A stretch of 64,000 bases of DNA from an uncultured Chloroflexia bacterium (GCA_963749705.1 CAVVNQ010000007.1:128001-192000), one strand, 5' to 3'; counted from the stretch's first letter, positions 39,807 to 52,221 are shown. Notes: a model not told the origin generated them from the sequence alone. Numbers and translations are program-made.

Positions 39807-40724
39807 GTGCTCATCGCCCAGGTCGAAGGCTTCCTCGAGATCGCCCGCCAGCGGAACCTGAGTCGTGCCGCGGCGGCGCTCCACGTCACCCAGCCGGCGC
39901 TGACGGCGCGCATCCGGCTGCTCGAGGAGGAGCTGGGCACGCCGCTGTTCGAGCGCTCGAGTCGCGGGATGCAGCTCACGGACGCGGGCCGGGCGTTCCT
40001 GCCACACGCGGAGCGGGCGATCCGGGCGCTCGACGCCGGCCGGGACCTGGTGGCGGAGCACGCCCAGGGAACCACGGGCCAGCTCACGATCGGCACGGCC
40101 CCGGCGGTCGGCGCCTATGTCCTGCCCGGGATCCTCGCCCGCTTCGTCCGGCGGTTCAGCGGGGTGCGGCTGGTCGTCCGGACCGGCCACTCGGAGGAGA
40201 TCGCCGACCACGTCGCGCGCGACGAGCTCGACATCGGCCTCATCCGCGAGCTCGTCCGGCCGGGGCTGACCGTCAGGTTGCTGTACGAGGACGAGCTCAT
40301 CCTCGTGGTTCCCGCCCAGCATCCGCTCGCCCGGGTCGATGCGACCGGCGTGGAGCGGCTCGCCGACTCCACGCTCATCCTGTTCGACCGCACCTCGAGC
40401 TACTACGACCTCACCAACGCGATCTTCCGGGCCGCGGGCGTCGCCCCTCGAAGCGTGATCGAGCTGGACAACATCGAGGCCGCCAAGCACATGGTCAGGC
40501 AGGGCCTGGGGGTCGCCCTCCTGCCGCATACGGCGATCGCCGGGGATCTTGCGCGTGGTGACCTGCGAGCCGTCGACCTCGTGGGCGTCGGGCCGACGCG
40601 GCGGAGGATCGTGGCCGTCCATCGGGGTGGGGCCGGTTCACGTTCGCCGGCGCTGCAGGGCTTCCTGGACGTGCTCGACGAGATCGACGAGATCCTGCCC
40701 ACCCGGGGGGCGATCCTCGCCTGA
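39807..40724 (+). CDS. LysR family regulator, divergent from aceA
   Basis: LSRAAAALHVTQPALTARIRLLEEELGTPLFER, LTDAG. Confidence 0.93.
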   Translation: MLIAQVEGFLEIARQRNLSRAAAALHVTQPALTARIRLLEEELGTPLFERSSRGMQLTDAGRAFLPHAERAIRALDAGRDLVAEHAQGTTGQLTIGTAPAVGAYVLPGILARFVRRFSGVRLVVRTGHSEEIADHVARDELDIGLIRELVRPGLTVRLLYEDELILVVPAQHPLARVDATGVERLADSTLILFDRTSSYYDLTNAIFRAAGVAPRSVIELDNIEAAKHMVRQGLGVALLPHTAIAGDLARGDLRAVDLVGVGPTRRRIVAVHRGGAGSRSPALQGFLDVLDEIDEILPTRGAILA

Positions 40725-40747
40725 CCGGGTCGCCATCGGCGGTGGCG

Positions 40748-42379
40748 TCAGGGAGCGGACGCGGCCCCGTGCGTGTCGCGCAGCGGGATCTCGCGCAGCA
40801 GCAGCGTCGCCACCAGCGCCAGCACGGTCGCGCCGACGCCCAGCCACAGGCTGTTCGCGATCGCGATCGTCATCGCGCCGTGGATCCCCTCCACGAACAT
40901 CGGCTGCACCTGGGCGGGCAGCTGGGCGAGGAACTGCATCATGCCCGCAGCCCCGGCGGGGTTCGTCAGCCCGCCCAGGTCGAGGCCGGTCGGTGCCGTC
41001 GCCGGCACGACCGCGGCCGGCGCGCCCGCCGTGACGATCTCGCCCCGGAGCAGGTCCCAGGTGAGGTTGTTGCGGAACAGCGTGAACGCCATCGTGATCC
41101 CGACGGTCGTCCCGATCTGCCGGAACAGGGTCAGGTCGCTGGTCGCCGCGCCCAGCTCGTGGAACGGCACCGAGTTCTGGACCACGATCGTGAACACCGC
41201 GAACGTGGGTCCGACACCCAGCCCGGCGATGAACATCCAGCCCCACAGCAGGTAGTCCGACGTCCCGGCCCGCAGCTGCGTCATCAGCGCGAGGCCGATG
41301 CCCAGCAGCACCATGCTCACGACGAGCACGTTCCGGTAGCGACCCCGACGGGCGACGATCTGGCCGGACGCGATCGAGGCGAAGATCAGCCCGATCAGGA
41401 ACGGCAGCAGCTTGTAGCCCGACTCGGTGGCGCTGGCGCCCTCGACGACCTGGTAGTAGAGCGGCAGGAAGATGATCGCCGCCCCGAACCCGAACGTCGC
41501 CAGGAAGATGGCCACCATCGACGCCGAGAAGGTGCGGCTCCGGAACAGGTGCAGGGGGACGATGGGCTCCGCCGCCCTGGACTCCGCGACCACGAACCCG
41601 ACCAGCCCCGCGACGCCGAGGGCGAACAGGCCCCAGATCCACGGGTTGCCCCAGTTGCCGTCCTCGGCGATCGTGAGCGCGATCAGGATCGGCACCAGGC
41701 CCACGATGATGCTGGCCACGCCCAGGTAGTCGATCGCCGGTCGCGCGCCCTCCTTGCGGATCGTCGGCAGCAGGCGGGCGATGACGGCCAGGGCCACGAT
41801 CCCGATCGGGATGTTGACGTAGAAGATCCAGTGCCAGCTGAAGGTGTCGGTGAGGAACCCGCCGAGGCCGGGGCCGAGCAGGAACGCCAGGCCGAACATG
41901 GCACCGAACAGGCCCTGGTACTTGCCGCGCTCGGCCGGCGTGAACAGGTCGCCGATGACCGCCAGCGCGATCGGGAACAGCGCGCCCGCCCCCAGGCCCT
42001 GGATGCCGCGGAACAGGATCAGCTGCCACATCTCCTGGCTCAGCCCGGACAGCGCGGAGCCGACCAGGAAGATCACGATCCCGATCATCAGCAACGGCCG
42101 CCGGCCGTACAGGTCGGACAGCTTGCCGTAGATGGGCACGCTCACGGTGCTGGTCAGCAGGTACGCGGTCACGACCCAGGCGTAGTAGTCGGCACCACGG
42201 AGGTCGCCCACGATCCTGGGCAGGACCGGACCGACGATCGTCTGGTCGAGGGCGCCCAGGAACATCCCGAGCAGGATGGCGGCCAGGATCTCGAACTTCG
42301 TCCGTCGAGCGAGCCCCAGCGCCGGGTCGTGGGCGAGGTCCGGGGTCTCCGGCCCGTCCGCAAGCGGCATGGATTCCAA
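40748..42379 (-). CDS. DHA2 family MFS transporter (14 TM)
   Basis: ALDQTIV, YGKLSDLYGRR, FRGIQGLG, WHWIFYVNIP. Confidence 0.92.
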   Translation of the reverse strand: MESMPLADGPETPDLAHDPALGLARRTKFEILAAILLGMFLGALDQTIVGPVLPRIVGDLRGADYYAWVVTAYLLTSTVSVPIYGKLSDLYGRRPLLMIGIVIFLVGSALSGLSQEMWQLILFRGIQGLGAGALFPIALAVIGDLFTPAERGKYQGLFGAMFGLAFLLGPGLGGFLTDTFSWHWIFYVNIPIGIVALAVIARLLPTIRKEGARPAIDYLGVASIIVGLVPILIALTIAEDGNWGNPWIWGLFALGVAGLVGFVVAESRAAEPIVPLHLFRSRTFSASMVAIFLATFGFGAAIIFLPLYYQVVEGASATESGYKLLPFLIGLIFASIASGQIVARRGRYRNVLVVSMVLLGIGLALMTQLRAGTSDYLLWGWMFIAGLGVGPTFAVFTIVVQNSVPFHELGAATSDLTLFRQIGTTVGITMAFTLFRNNLTWDLLRGEIVTAGAPAAVVPATAPTGLDLGGLTNPAGAAGMMQFLAQLPAQVQPMFVEGIHGAMTIAIANSLWLGVGATVLALVATLLLREIPLRDTHGAASAP

Positions 42380-42571
42380 GGGAGCGAGGGTCCTTTCGTT
42401 CAGACGCCGGCGAGGCCGTCGTCGGGGGGACGCAGCGGCCGCGTGGGCGGGGGGCGGCCAGCCCCGTGATCAGGGCTGAGGATGGCCGTCATCGAGGGCG
42501 GTCGTCAAGCGTGGCGGGCTCCGCGTCCGCCGCCTCGATCGACGTCCGATGGCGCGCCCGGGCTCCGGCCG

Positions 42572-45086
42572 TTAGCCGTGCAGCCGCTCGTTGCCCGGGT
42601 CGAACAGGGGCGTCGCGCCCGCGACGGCGACGGTCACCGGGTAGCGCTCGCCCATGTACTGCACGGCGAGCCTGGTGCCCCTGACCGCGAGCTCCACCGG
42701 CAGGTAGGCCATCAGCAGGTGCCTGCCGACCGACGGCCCGGCGCCCGCGCTGGTCACGTACGAGCGGCGGCCGCGGGCGTCGGTGATCGGCCGGCCATCG
42801 GGCGTCAGGATGGGCTCGCGGCCGAGCATGTAGCGCCGGGTGCCGTCGCTCGAGGTGTGGTCGTCGACGGTCAGCGTGCACAGCAGCGAGACGGGTGGCT
42901 CGGCGCGCTGCCGGAGGTACGCCTCCCGGCCCACGAACTCGGCGCGCTTCACGCTGGGACGGGCGAGGCCGGCCTCGACCAGCGTGTGGTCCAGATCGAG
43001 CTCCGCGCCATACGCGCGATAGCCCTTCTCGAGCCGCGCGCTGGAGAAGATCACCGACATCCCGGCGGCGATCGCCCCCAACGGCCGGCCGGCGGCCCAC
43101 AGCGTGTCCCACAGGTGGCCGCCCAGCTCGATCGGCGCGAACAGCTCCCAGCCCAGCTCGCCGACGTACGACAGCCGGTTGGCGAGGACGGCGACGCCGT
43201 CGATGTCGAGCGGCCGGCAGGTGGCGAACGGGAACGCCTCGTTGGACAGGTCGGCGCGGGTCACCGTCGACAGGATGTCGCGCGCGCGAGGCCCCCACAG
43301 CCCGATCGTGGTCCAGGCCGACGTCACGTCGGTGAGCTGCGCGGTCCCGTCGTCCGGGAGGTGGTCGGTGAACCACTTCTTGTCGCGCATGCCCATGCCG
43401 CCGCCGGTCACGACCCGGTACAGGTCGCGCCCCACGTGCATGACCGTGAGGTCCGCGACGATCCCGCCGTTGTCGTCGAGCAGCGGCGTGTAGACGGTCC
43501 GGCCGATCGGCGCCTCGATCCGGTTGACGCACAGGCGCTCCAGGAACGCGAGCGCTCCGGGTCCGCTGATGTCGAACATCGCGAACGTGGTGAGGTCGAT
43601 GAGCGCGGCACGGTCGCGCATCGCGAGATGCTCGGCGGCGGTGATCGGCGACCACCAGCGCGCGTCCCATTCGGCCGGCCGATCCGTCACCCGGTCGCCG
43701 TACTCGGCGACGAGCGGCGCATTGGAGGCGTACCACATCGGGCACTCCCAGCCGGCGACCTCGAACATCACCGCGTCCAGCGCCAGCTCGCGGTCGTACA
43801 TCGGGGGCACCCGGATGCCGCGGTCCGAGGCCCACTGCTCTGACGGGTGGACGATGCCGTAGAACTTGTTGAACGCCTCGTTGACGCGTGCCGTGGCGTG
43901 GGCCCACGTCCGCTGATGCGGGTAGAAGCGGGCGATGTCGGCGGCGTGGAGGTCGATCTGGAGCGGCAGGCCGCTCATCCGCCGGGCGATGTTCTCGGTG
44001 ATCGCGGGCGCCTCCTTGATCCACACCGCGGCCACCGACCACAGGCCCGGCCACCTCGGGCGACTCGCCCAGGACCGGGCTCCAGTCGGGCGTCACCGAG
44101 AGCAGCCCGTTGATCGCGTACTGCTCGCCGACCCGCTCGTCGCCCAGGATCTCGGGGATCAGCTCCAGCGCGTCCTCGTACTGCGGCTCGAAGTCCTCCT
44201 TGGTGAACGGCAGCTCGGTGGGCGACAGGACCGAGTCCTCGATCGACGGGATCTCGTCGGGGTGGAGGAGGATCGGCCGGTGGGCGTAGGAGCCGATCTC
44301 GAGCTGGCTGCCGTTCGGCCGCTCGTACATCAGGCTGTCCATGTCGCGCAGGATCGGGTAGGCCTGCTCTCCGCGAACATCGGCGAACCGCGGCACCGGG
44401 CCGACGCTGACGAACTGGTGGACGGTGGGGACGAGCGGGATGTGGGCGCCGGCCATCGCCGCGATCCGGGGGCTCCACACGCCGCACGCGACGACGATCG
44501 TGTCGGTCTCGATCGTTCCGGCGGTGGTCCGCACGGCCGCGACCCGGCCGTCGACGACGTCGATGCCGGTGACCTCGGTGCGGGCCATGAGCGACAGGGC
44601 GCCCATGTCCACGGCCGCCTCGCGCATCAGCGTGCCGGCGCGGACGGAGTCCACGACCCCCGCGCTGGGCGTGTACCAGCCGCCCAGGATCACGGTCTCG
44701 TCGAGGTAGGGGACGATCTCCCTGACCTCGGCCGGGGTCTTCAGCTCGGACTCGATGCCCCACGACGTGGCGAGGCCCTGGCGGCGCGCCAGCTCGGCCA
44801 TCCGCTCCGGCGTCCGGGCGACCTCCATGCCGCCGCACCGGGTGAACACGCCCAGCTCGGTGAACTGGCGGATCGACTCGACCGTGAGCGCCAATTCCTC
44901 TTTGGTGCCGTCGACCGGGAAGCAGAAGTTCGACGCATGCCCGGTGGATCCGCCCGGGTTCGGCAGCGGGCCCTTGTCCACCAGGACCATGTCGCGCCAG
45001 CCGAGCCTCGCGAGGTGCCAGGCCATGGCATTGCCGACGATCCCGGCGCCGATGATCACGGCCCTCGCGCGCGTGGTGCTGTCCAT
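42572..45086 (-). CDS. GcvT-domain FAD oxidoreductase, dimethylglycine oxidase-like (apparent +1 frameshift near 44045)
   Basis: IGAGIVG, GGSTGHASN, TPD..P.LGE; SYVGELGWEL, RLEKGY, FDP C-terminus. Confidence 0.85.
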
Positions 45087-45259
45087 CCGTCGCCTGCCCT
45101 CGTCGACCCCGGGTCCGGGCCGCCCGATGCTCACGCCGCCGCCGGCGTCCGCCGACTGGCCCCGGGGACCTACAGTATGGAGACCCTGCCGCCCGGGCCC
45201 GCCGTCCCATCCGACCCGCAGGAGAGGGGACCTACGTCATCGGTGCAAGGGTGTCTGCC

Positions 45260-46498
45260 ATGAAGGTCGCCGTCATCGGAACCGGGATCATCGGGTTGGC
45301 GACGGCGTACAGCCTCGCGAAGCGCGGTGCCGAGGTGGTGCTCGTCGGCGACCGCGCGCCGGGCAGCGGCGCGTCGAGCAACAACGCGGGCTGGGTGGTC
45401 CCGGCCGAGAGCGGCCCGGTGCCGGCGCCCGGCGTCGTGCTCCAGACGATGCGCTGGATGCTCCGGGCCGACAGCCCCGTCTACGTCCGACCCGAGGCCA
45501 GCCCCGGCTTCGTCCGGTTCATGGCCGGGATGCTCCGCGCGTGCAACGCGACGGCGTACCGGCGCGCGTTCGAGGCGACCACCCGGCTTGCCGCGGGAAC
45601 GATGGACGAGCTCGACGCATGGGCCGCGGACGGCCTGGCGTTCGAGCTGCACGCGGACGGCGAGGTGCGCGCCTACCTCGACCCGGCCGAGCACCGCGCG
45701 GCAGCCGCGGACCTGGCGCCGTACGAGCGGGCGGGGTTCGAGCCGGCGTCGCTGACCGGCGACGAGGCCCGGGCGACGGTCCCCGAGCTGTCCGATGCGG
45801 TGGTCGGGGCGATCCGCTTCCCGAACGAGCGCCATGTCCGCCCGGCCACGGTGGTGACCGCGCTGGTCGCGCGGCTCGAGGCGCTGGGCGCCGAGTGGGT
45901 GGACGGGGCGGTCACCGCGGCCTGGGCGCTGCCGTCGGGTGGGGCGGAGCTCCGGGGCGCGTTCGGCTCGGTGGTCGCGGATGCCGTGGTCATCGCCGCC
46001 GGCGCCTGGAGCGCCCGCGTGGCCCGGATGTTCGGCGTCCGGCTGCCGATCCGCCCGGGCAAGGGCTACAGCGTCGACTTCGTGCCGGCGCAGGTCGCGA
46101 TGCGGCCCGTGGTCATGCTCTCCGAGGCCCACTGTGCCGTGACCCCGCTCGACGGCGCGACCCGGGTGGCGGGGACCATGGAGTTCGGCGGTCTCGACGA
46201 GCGGATCTCCCCGGTCCGCCTGTCCGCGATCCGACGCGCCCCGGGTCGGTATTTCCGGTCCTGGGATCCCGATGCCCCGTCGCTCGAACCGAGCGCCGGG
46301 CTGCGACCCATGACCCCCGACGGCATCCCGGTCATCGGGCGGCTGCGGCCGTACGAGCACGTGTACGTCGCGAGCGGGCACGCGATGCTCGGCCTCACCC
46401 TTGCCCCGCGAACCGGGACCACGCTCGCGTCGATGATCCTCGACGGCACGGAGCCGGACGTGCTCGCCCCGTTCAGCCCGCGACGGTTCGGCGCCTGA
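45260..46498 (+). CDS. D-amino acid dehydrogenase family FAD oxidoreductase
   Basis: IGTGIIG, SSNNAG, PGKGYS, AGTME, GLRPMTPDG, GHAMLG. Confidence 0.85.
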   Translation: MKVAVIGTGIIGLATAYSLAKRGAEVVLVGDRAPGSGASSNNAGWVVPAESGPVPAPGVVLQTMRWMLRADSPVYVRPEASPGFVRFMAGMLRACNATAYRRAFEATTRLAAGTMDELDAWAADGLAFELHADGEVRAYLDPAEHRAAAADLAPYERAGFEPASLTGDEARATVPELSDAVVGAIRFPNERHVRPATVVTALVARLEALGAEWVDGAVTAAWALPSGGAELRGAFGSVVADAVVIAAGAWSARVARMFGVRLPIRPGKGYSVDFVPAQVAMRPVVMLSEAHCAVTPLDGATRVAGTMEFGGLDERISPVRLSAIRRAPGRYFRSWDPDAPSLEPSAGLRPMTPDGIPVIGRLRPYEHVYVASGHAMLGLTLAPRTGTTLASMILDGTEPDVLAPFSPRRFGA

Positions 46499-46511
46499 GG
46501 GGCGCCGAGGG

Positions 46512-48942
46512 CTATCCGCGCATCCGCGATCCGTCGGGGTCGTACACCGGGGACTCGATCACCGCACCCGGGCGCCGGACGCCGAGGATCTCGATCTCCA
46601 GCGGCGTCCCGGGTGAGGCCAGCTCGACCGGGAGGTAGGCGAGGCCCAGGGTCATGCCCACGGCATGGCCGGGGGCGGCCGCCCGCAGGTAGTCGACCAG
46701 CCGCCCGTCGGAGAGGACCGGCTCGCCGCCTCGCGGGAACAGGTCGTCGGACGGCTCGAGGTCGGTCCGGACCGTGACCAGGCGGCGGCGAATGCCCTCG
46801 GCCTGCTGGCGCAGCAGCGCGTCACGCCCGATGAACTCGCCCTTGTCGAGCGCGACGAACCGCTCCAGGCCTGCCTCGAGCGGCGTGTACAGCGCCGAGA
46901 TGTCCGCGCCCCACAGCCGGTAGCCCTTCTCGAGCCGCAGCGAGTCGAGCGCCAGGTACCCGATGTCGGCCAGGCCGTGCGCCTCGCCGGCCGCGAGCAG
47001 CAGGTCGTACAGGGTCCGCGAATCCTCGATCGGGTGGTGGAGCTCCCAGCCCAGCTCGCCCGTGTACGTGACGCGGAGCGCCCGCACCGGCACCGGGCCG
47101 AGGTGGATGTCGCGCACGGCCATGAACGGGAAGCCCGCGTTCGAGAGGTCGTCGTCGGTCACGGCCGCGAGGACGTCGCGCGCGCGCGGTCCCGCGATCG
47201 CGAGCACGCCCCAGGCCGCGGTGACGTTCTCCAGGACCACCGAACCGTCGTCCGGCGCATGCCGCGACGATCCAGTCCAGGTCGTGGGTCTCCGTCCCGG
47301 CTGCCGTGATGAGGTAGAACCGGTCCTCGGCCAGCCGCGACACCGTGACGTCGCACCAGATCCCGCCGGCGGGCGTGAGCATCTGGACCAGCGCAGCCCG
47401 GCCCACCCGCGGCAGCCGGTTGGCGCCGAGTCGATCGAGCAGCGCGGCCGCGCCCGGTCCCCGGACCTCGTACTTCGCGAAGCTGGTCATGTCCAGCAGC
47501 CCGGCTCGCTCCCGGACCGCCGCGCATTCGGCCACCTGGTACGGCAGCCAGTCGGGGCGGTGGTACGTCGGCCGATCGCCGGTCGGCTGACCCTCGGGCA
47601 CGAAGTACAGCGGACGCTCCCAGCCGTTGCGGGCGCCCATCACCGCGCCGCGCGCCAGCAGGCGGTCGTACAGCGGGTCCGTCTTGAGCGGCCGGCCGGC
47701 GGGGAGCTCCTCGAACGGGTAGGGGATCGCGTACTCACGTTCGTAGACCTCGCGGGCGCGATCGATCACGAACGGCAGCGCGCTCGCATACGGCCCGAAC
47801 CGGGCGACGTCCAGCTCCCACAGGTTGTCGACCGGCTGCCCGTCGATGATCCATGCCGCCGCGTTGTACCCGGCGCCGCCGCTCTGCACGATCCCGTAGC
47901 TGAACCCGGTGAGCGCGAAGAGGTTGCGCAGGCCGGGCACCCAGCCCATCAGCGCGTTGCCGTCCGGCGTGTAGCTGGTGGGGCCGTTGAGCAGCTGCTT
48001 CATGCCGGCCGTCTGCAGCACCGGCAGCCGATGCTGGGCGAGGTCGAGCACGTCGCCGACCTGCTCGAAGTCCGGCGCCAGCAGCTGCTGGCCGAACTCC
48101 CGCGGGATCCCCCGCGCAGCCCACGGCTTCGGGTCGTGCTCATAGGGCCCGACGATCAGGCCGCTGGCCTCCTCGCGGACGTAGAACGACGCCTCCGTGT
48201 CCCGGACGACGGGCATCTCCGCGTGCTCGGCGAGGAGCTCCGGCACGGCGTCGGTGATCAGGTACTGGTGCTCCATGGGCACGATGGGCAGCTCCACCCC
48301 GGCCAGCTGGCCGATCTCGCGGCCCCAGATCCCGCCGGCATTGACCACGATCCCGGCCCGGATCGTCCCGCGCGGCGTGACCACGTCCCATTCGCCGCCC
48401 GGCTGCGGCCGCAGCTCCGTGACCGGCGTCTCGAGCTCGATCTCGGCGCCCAGGTCGCGGGCGCCCCTGGCCATCGCCCGGGTGATGCTGCTGGGGTCGA
48501 CGTACCCGTCCGTCGGGGTCCAGGCACCGGCGATCACGCCGTCCACGTTGACCAGCGGCGCGCGACGGGCGATCTCCGCGGGCCCGATGAGCTCGTACGG
48601 CAGCCCGACGATCTTGGCCAGGCCCGCCTGGTCGCGGTACTGGTCCATCCGCTCCTGGGTCGTGGCCAGCCGGATGCTGCCGACGCCGTGGAAGTCGACG
48701 GTCTGGCCGGTATCCGCCTCCAGTCGACGGAACAGGTCGACGCCGTACATCAGCAGCGACGTCACGTTGATGCTGGCGTTGAACTGCGTGCACAGGCCCG
48801 CGGCGTGCCACGTCGAGCCCGCGGTGAGGTCGTGCTTCTCGAGCAGGACGGTGTCCGTCCAGCCACGCTTCGCAAGGTGATAGAGGAGGCTGCAGCCGAC
48901 GGCCCCGCCACCGATCACCACGACCCGCGCGTGTGTCCTCAT
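46512..48942 (-). CDS. Dimethylglycine/sarcosine dehydrogenase family protein (apparent +1 frameshift near 47265)
   Basis: IGGGAVG, GSTWHAAG, NGP..YTPD, GWERP, TYTGELGWEL, LDSLRLEKGY. Confidence 0.85.
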
Positions 48943-49020
48943 CGACCCGCCTCCATCCGTGCCGGGGTGTGCCTCGTCGTCGGTCGGCGCCCGTCCCCGC
49001 CATTGTAATAATATGGTGCT

Positions 49021-49686
49021 ATGAGCGTCAGCAGCGTCGACCCGGCGACCCGCCGCGCGACCGTGGGCGCCGGGCGGAGCGCCGAGCACCGCGAACGCCA
49101 GCGCGAGCGGATCCTCGCCGCCGCCGAGCACCTCCTCGTGGACAGCGGCGTCGAGCGGATGCGCCTGCGCGACGTCGCGGAGGCCGCGGGCGTGTCCATC
49201 GGGACCGTCCAGCACTACTTCGACACCCGGGACCGGCTGGTCGCCGAGCTGTTCGACTGGTCGGGCCGCCGCCGCCTGGAGGCCTGGACCTCGATGGAGC
49301 CCGGTGACGTGGACCCCTGGCGCCGGATCGAGACCCTGCTCGCCCACGCGCTCGCCGAGCCGCTCCTGCGGCGGAGCCGGATCTGGGTGGAGTTCCTTGC
49401 GATGGCCCGCGACGAGGGGCTGCGGGCCGAGCTCGCCGGCTTCTACGAGGCGTGGCGGCGCCCGTTCCGCGAGGCGATCGAGCAGGGGATCGCCGGCGGG
49501 CTGTTCCGCCCGGCGCTGTCCACCGAGCGCCTCGTGGACCTGCTGATCATGGGCGTGGACGGGGCGGAGGTCGCGACCGTCCTCGCGGCACCGGGGACCT
49601 CACGCGACCGGCTGCTGTCGTCGCTCGTGGACGCGGCGCGCACGCTCCTCGGCGTCGGACCAGATCCCGGCGAACCGCCGGCCTGA
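49021..49686 (+). CDS. TetR family regulator (BetI-like C-terminus)
   Basis: MRLRDVAEAAGVSIGTVQHYFDTR HTH; WVEF motif. Confidence 0.88.
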   Translation: MSVSSVDPATRRATVGAGRSAEHRERQRERILAAAEHLLVDSGVERMRLRDVAEAAGVSIGTVQHYFDTRDRLVAELFDWSGRRRLEAWTSMEPGDVDPWRRIETLLAHALAEPLLRRSRIWVEFLAMARDEGLRAELAGFYEAWRRPFREAIEQGIAGGLFRPALSTERLVDLLIMGVDGAEVATVLAAPGTSRDRLLSSLVDAARTLLGVGPDPGEPPA

Positions 49687-49721
49687 CGGCGGCGCTCCAG
49701 CACACGAGAGGTGTGGACCCG

Positions 49722-52199
49722 ATGACGAACGCCACCCCGGCCGCGCCCGATGCGGCGCCGTTCCCTTCCCAGGCCCGCGTCGTCGTCATCGGCGGCGGGA
49801 TCGTGGGCGCGAGCGTGCTGTACCACCTGACCGAGCGGGGCTGGACCGACGTGGTCCTGCTCGAGCGCAAGACGCTCACCTCCGGCACGACCTGGCATGC
49901 CGCCGGCCTGGTGGGCCAGCTCCGGGCGACGTACAACATGAGCCTGCTCGCGAGCTATGCGAAGGACCTGTTCCGCGAGCTCGAGCGGCGCACCGGCGAC
50001 GGCACCGGCTTCGAGCAGCACGGGTCGCTGCTGATCGCGTCGACACCCGGTCGCTGGGAGGAGATCCGGCGCGGCGCGTCGATGGGCCACCTCATCGGCG
50101 TCGACCTCGAGCTCGTGGACCGCGAGCGGGTCGGCGAGATGTGGCCGCTCCTCGACACCACCGACATCCTGGGCGCCGCCTTCATCCCGGGCGACGGGAT
50201 GGCGAACCCCACCGACGTCACCCAGGCGCTGGCCAAGGCCGCGCGCATGGCCGGCGCACGCGTGTTCGAGCAGACGAAGGTGACCGGCGTGCTCCGTCGG
50301 GACGGCCGCGTCAGCGGCGTGTCCACCGAGCGTGGTGACATCGCCTGCGAGTACATCGTGAACTGCACCGGCATGTGGGCGCGTGAGCTGGCGGGCCGCA
50401 GCGACGTCGTCGTCCCGCTCCATGCGGCCGAGCACTTCTACCTGATCACGGAGCCGGTCGAGGGGCTCACCCCGGACCTGCCGGTCCTGCGCATGCCCGA
50501 CGACGCGACCTACGCCCGCAACGAGGCGGGCAAGCTGATGGTCGGGTTCTTCGAGCCCGGCGCCAAGCCGTGGGCGACGGACGGCATCCCGGAGGACGCC
50601 GAGTTCCTCACCCTGCCCGAGGACTGGGACCACCTCGAGCCGTGGATCCTGCGCGCGACGAAGCGCCTGCCGGTGTTCGGGCAGGTCGGAATCCAGCTGT
50701 TCTTCAACGGACCCGAGAGCTTCACGCCGGACGACCGGTACGTCCTGGGCGAGGCGCCGACGCTGGGCGGCTACTTCGTCGCCGCCGGGTTCAACTCCGT
50801 GGGCTTCGCGTCGGGCGGCGGCGCCGGGCGCGCGGTTGCCGACTGGGTCGTGGACGGCCACGCGCCGATGGACCTGTGGGAGGTGGACATCCGGCGGTTC
50901 ATGCCGTTCCAGCGCAACCGCCGCTACCTCTACCAGCGCACGACCGAGACCCTGGGGCTGCTGTACGAGATGCACTGGCCGTTCCGCCAGATGGAGACCT
51001 CGCGAGGCGTCCGCCGATCGCCGCTCCACGACCGGCTCGCCGCGCGCGGCGCGTGCTTCGGCGAGGTGTCCGGCTGGGAGCGCGCGAACTGGTACGCCCC
51101 CGAGGGCGTCGAGCCGCGCTACGAGTACTCGTACGGGCGCCAGAACTGGTTCCCGTACTCGGCCGAGGAGCACCGCGCCGTCCGCGAGGCGGTCGGGCTG
51201 TTCGACCAGACGTCGTTCGGCAAGATCCTGGTCCAGGGCCGGGACGCGGAGCGGGAGCTCAACCGGGTGTGCGCGGGGGACGTCGCGGTCGAGCCCGGGC
51301 GGCTGGTCTACACGCCGTGGCTCAACGAGCGCGGCGGGATCGAGTCGGACGTCACGATCACGCGGCTCGCCGACGACCGGTTCATGGTCGTCACGACCGG
51401 CACCTCGACGATGCGCGACCTCGACTGGCTGCGCCGGACGATGGATCCCGAGGCACGGGTCGCGGTCACCGACGTGACCTCCGCCGAGACGGTGATCAGC
51501 GTGATGGGCCCACGCTCACGCGAGCTGCTCGCCTCGCTCTCGGACGCGGACCTGTCCAACGCGGCGTTCCCGTTCGGGACCGCGCGCGAGATCGACCTCG
51601 GCTTCGCCTACGCGCGGGCGGCGCGGGTGACGTACGTGGGCGAGCTCGGCTGGGAGCTGTACGTGCCGATGGAGTACGCGACCCACGTGTACGACACCAT
51701 CGTGGCCGCCGGCGATGGCTTCGGCCTGCGCCATGCCGGCTACCACGCGCTCGACTCGCTGCGGATCGAGAAGGCGTACCGCCACTGGGGCCACGACATC
51801 GGCATCGAGGACACGCCGCTCCAGGGCGGCCTGGGGTTCACGGTCGCGTGGGACAAGCCGGGCGGCTTCATCGGCCGCGAGGCGCTGCTCCGGCAACGGG
51901 CGGAAGGGATCCGGCGCCGGCTCGCGGTCGTGATCCTCGACGATCCCGAGCCGCTGCTGTACCACGACGAGCCGATCTGGCGCGATGGCCGGATCGTCGG
52001 GCGGATCACGTCGGCCGCATTCGGGCACACCATCGGCCGCTCGATCGGGCTCGGCTATGTCACCCGCGACGACGGGCCGGTGACCTCTGACTGGCTGACG
52101 GCAGGCCGGATCGAGGTCGAGGTTGCGCTGGAGCGGCTGCCGGCGACGGCCTCGCTCCGCGCCCCATACGACCCGACGAACGGCCGGATCCGGAGCTGA
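49722..52199 (+). CDS. Sarcosine/dimethylglycine dehydrogenase family protein
   Basis: IGGGIVG, GTTWHAAG, NGPESFTPD, GWERANW, YVGELGWEL, SLRIEKAY. Confidence 0.9.
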   Translation: MTNATPAAPDAAPFPSQARVVVIGGGIVGASVLYHLTERGWTDVVLLERKTLTSGTTWHAAGLVGQLRATYNMSLLASYAKDLFRELERRTGDGTGFEQHGSLLIASTPGRWEEIRRGASMGHLIGVDLELVDRERVGEMWPLLDTTDILGAAFIPGDGMANPTDVTQALAKAARMAGARVFEQTKVTGVLRRDGRVSGVSTERGDIACEYIVNCTGMWARELAGRSDVVVPLHAAEHFYLITEPVEGLTPDLPVLRMPDDATYARNEAGKLMVGFFEPGAKPWATDGIPEDAEFLTLPEDWDHLEPWILRATKRLPVFGQVGIQLFFNGPESFTPDDRYVLGEAPTLGGYFVAAGFNSVGFASGGGAGRAVADWVVDGHAPMDLWEVDIRRFMPFQRNRRYLYQRTTETLGLLYEMHWPFRQMETSRGVRRSPLHDRLAARGACFGEVSGWERANWYAPEGVEPRYEYSYGRQNWFPYSAEEHRAVREAVGLFDQTSFGKILVQGRDAERELNRVCAGDVAVEPGRLVYTPWLNERGGIESDVTITRLADDRFMVVTTGTSTMRDLDWLRRTMDPEARVAVTDVTSAETVISVMGPRSRELLASLSDADLSNAAFPFGTAREIDLGFAYARAARVTYVGELGWELYVPMEYATHVYDTIVAAGDGFGLRHAGYHALDSLRIEKAYRHWGHDIGIEDTPLQGGLGFTVAWDKPGGFIGREALLRQRAEGIRRRLAVVILDDPEPLLYHDEPIWRDGRIVGRITSAAFGHTIGRSIGLGYVTRDDGPVTSDWLTAGRIEVEVALERLPATASLRAPYDPTNGRIRS

Positions 52200-52221
52200 C
52201 CGCCGGGACCGCGCGGCGCCC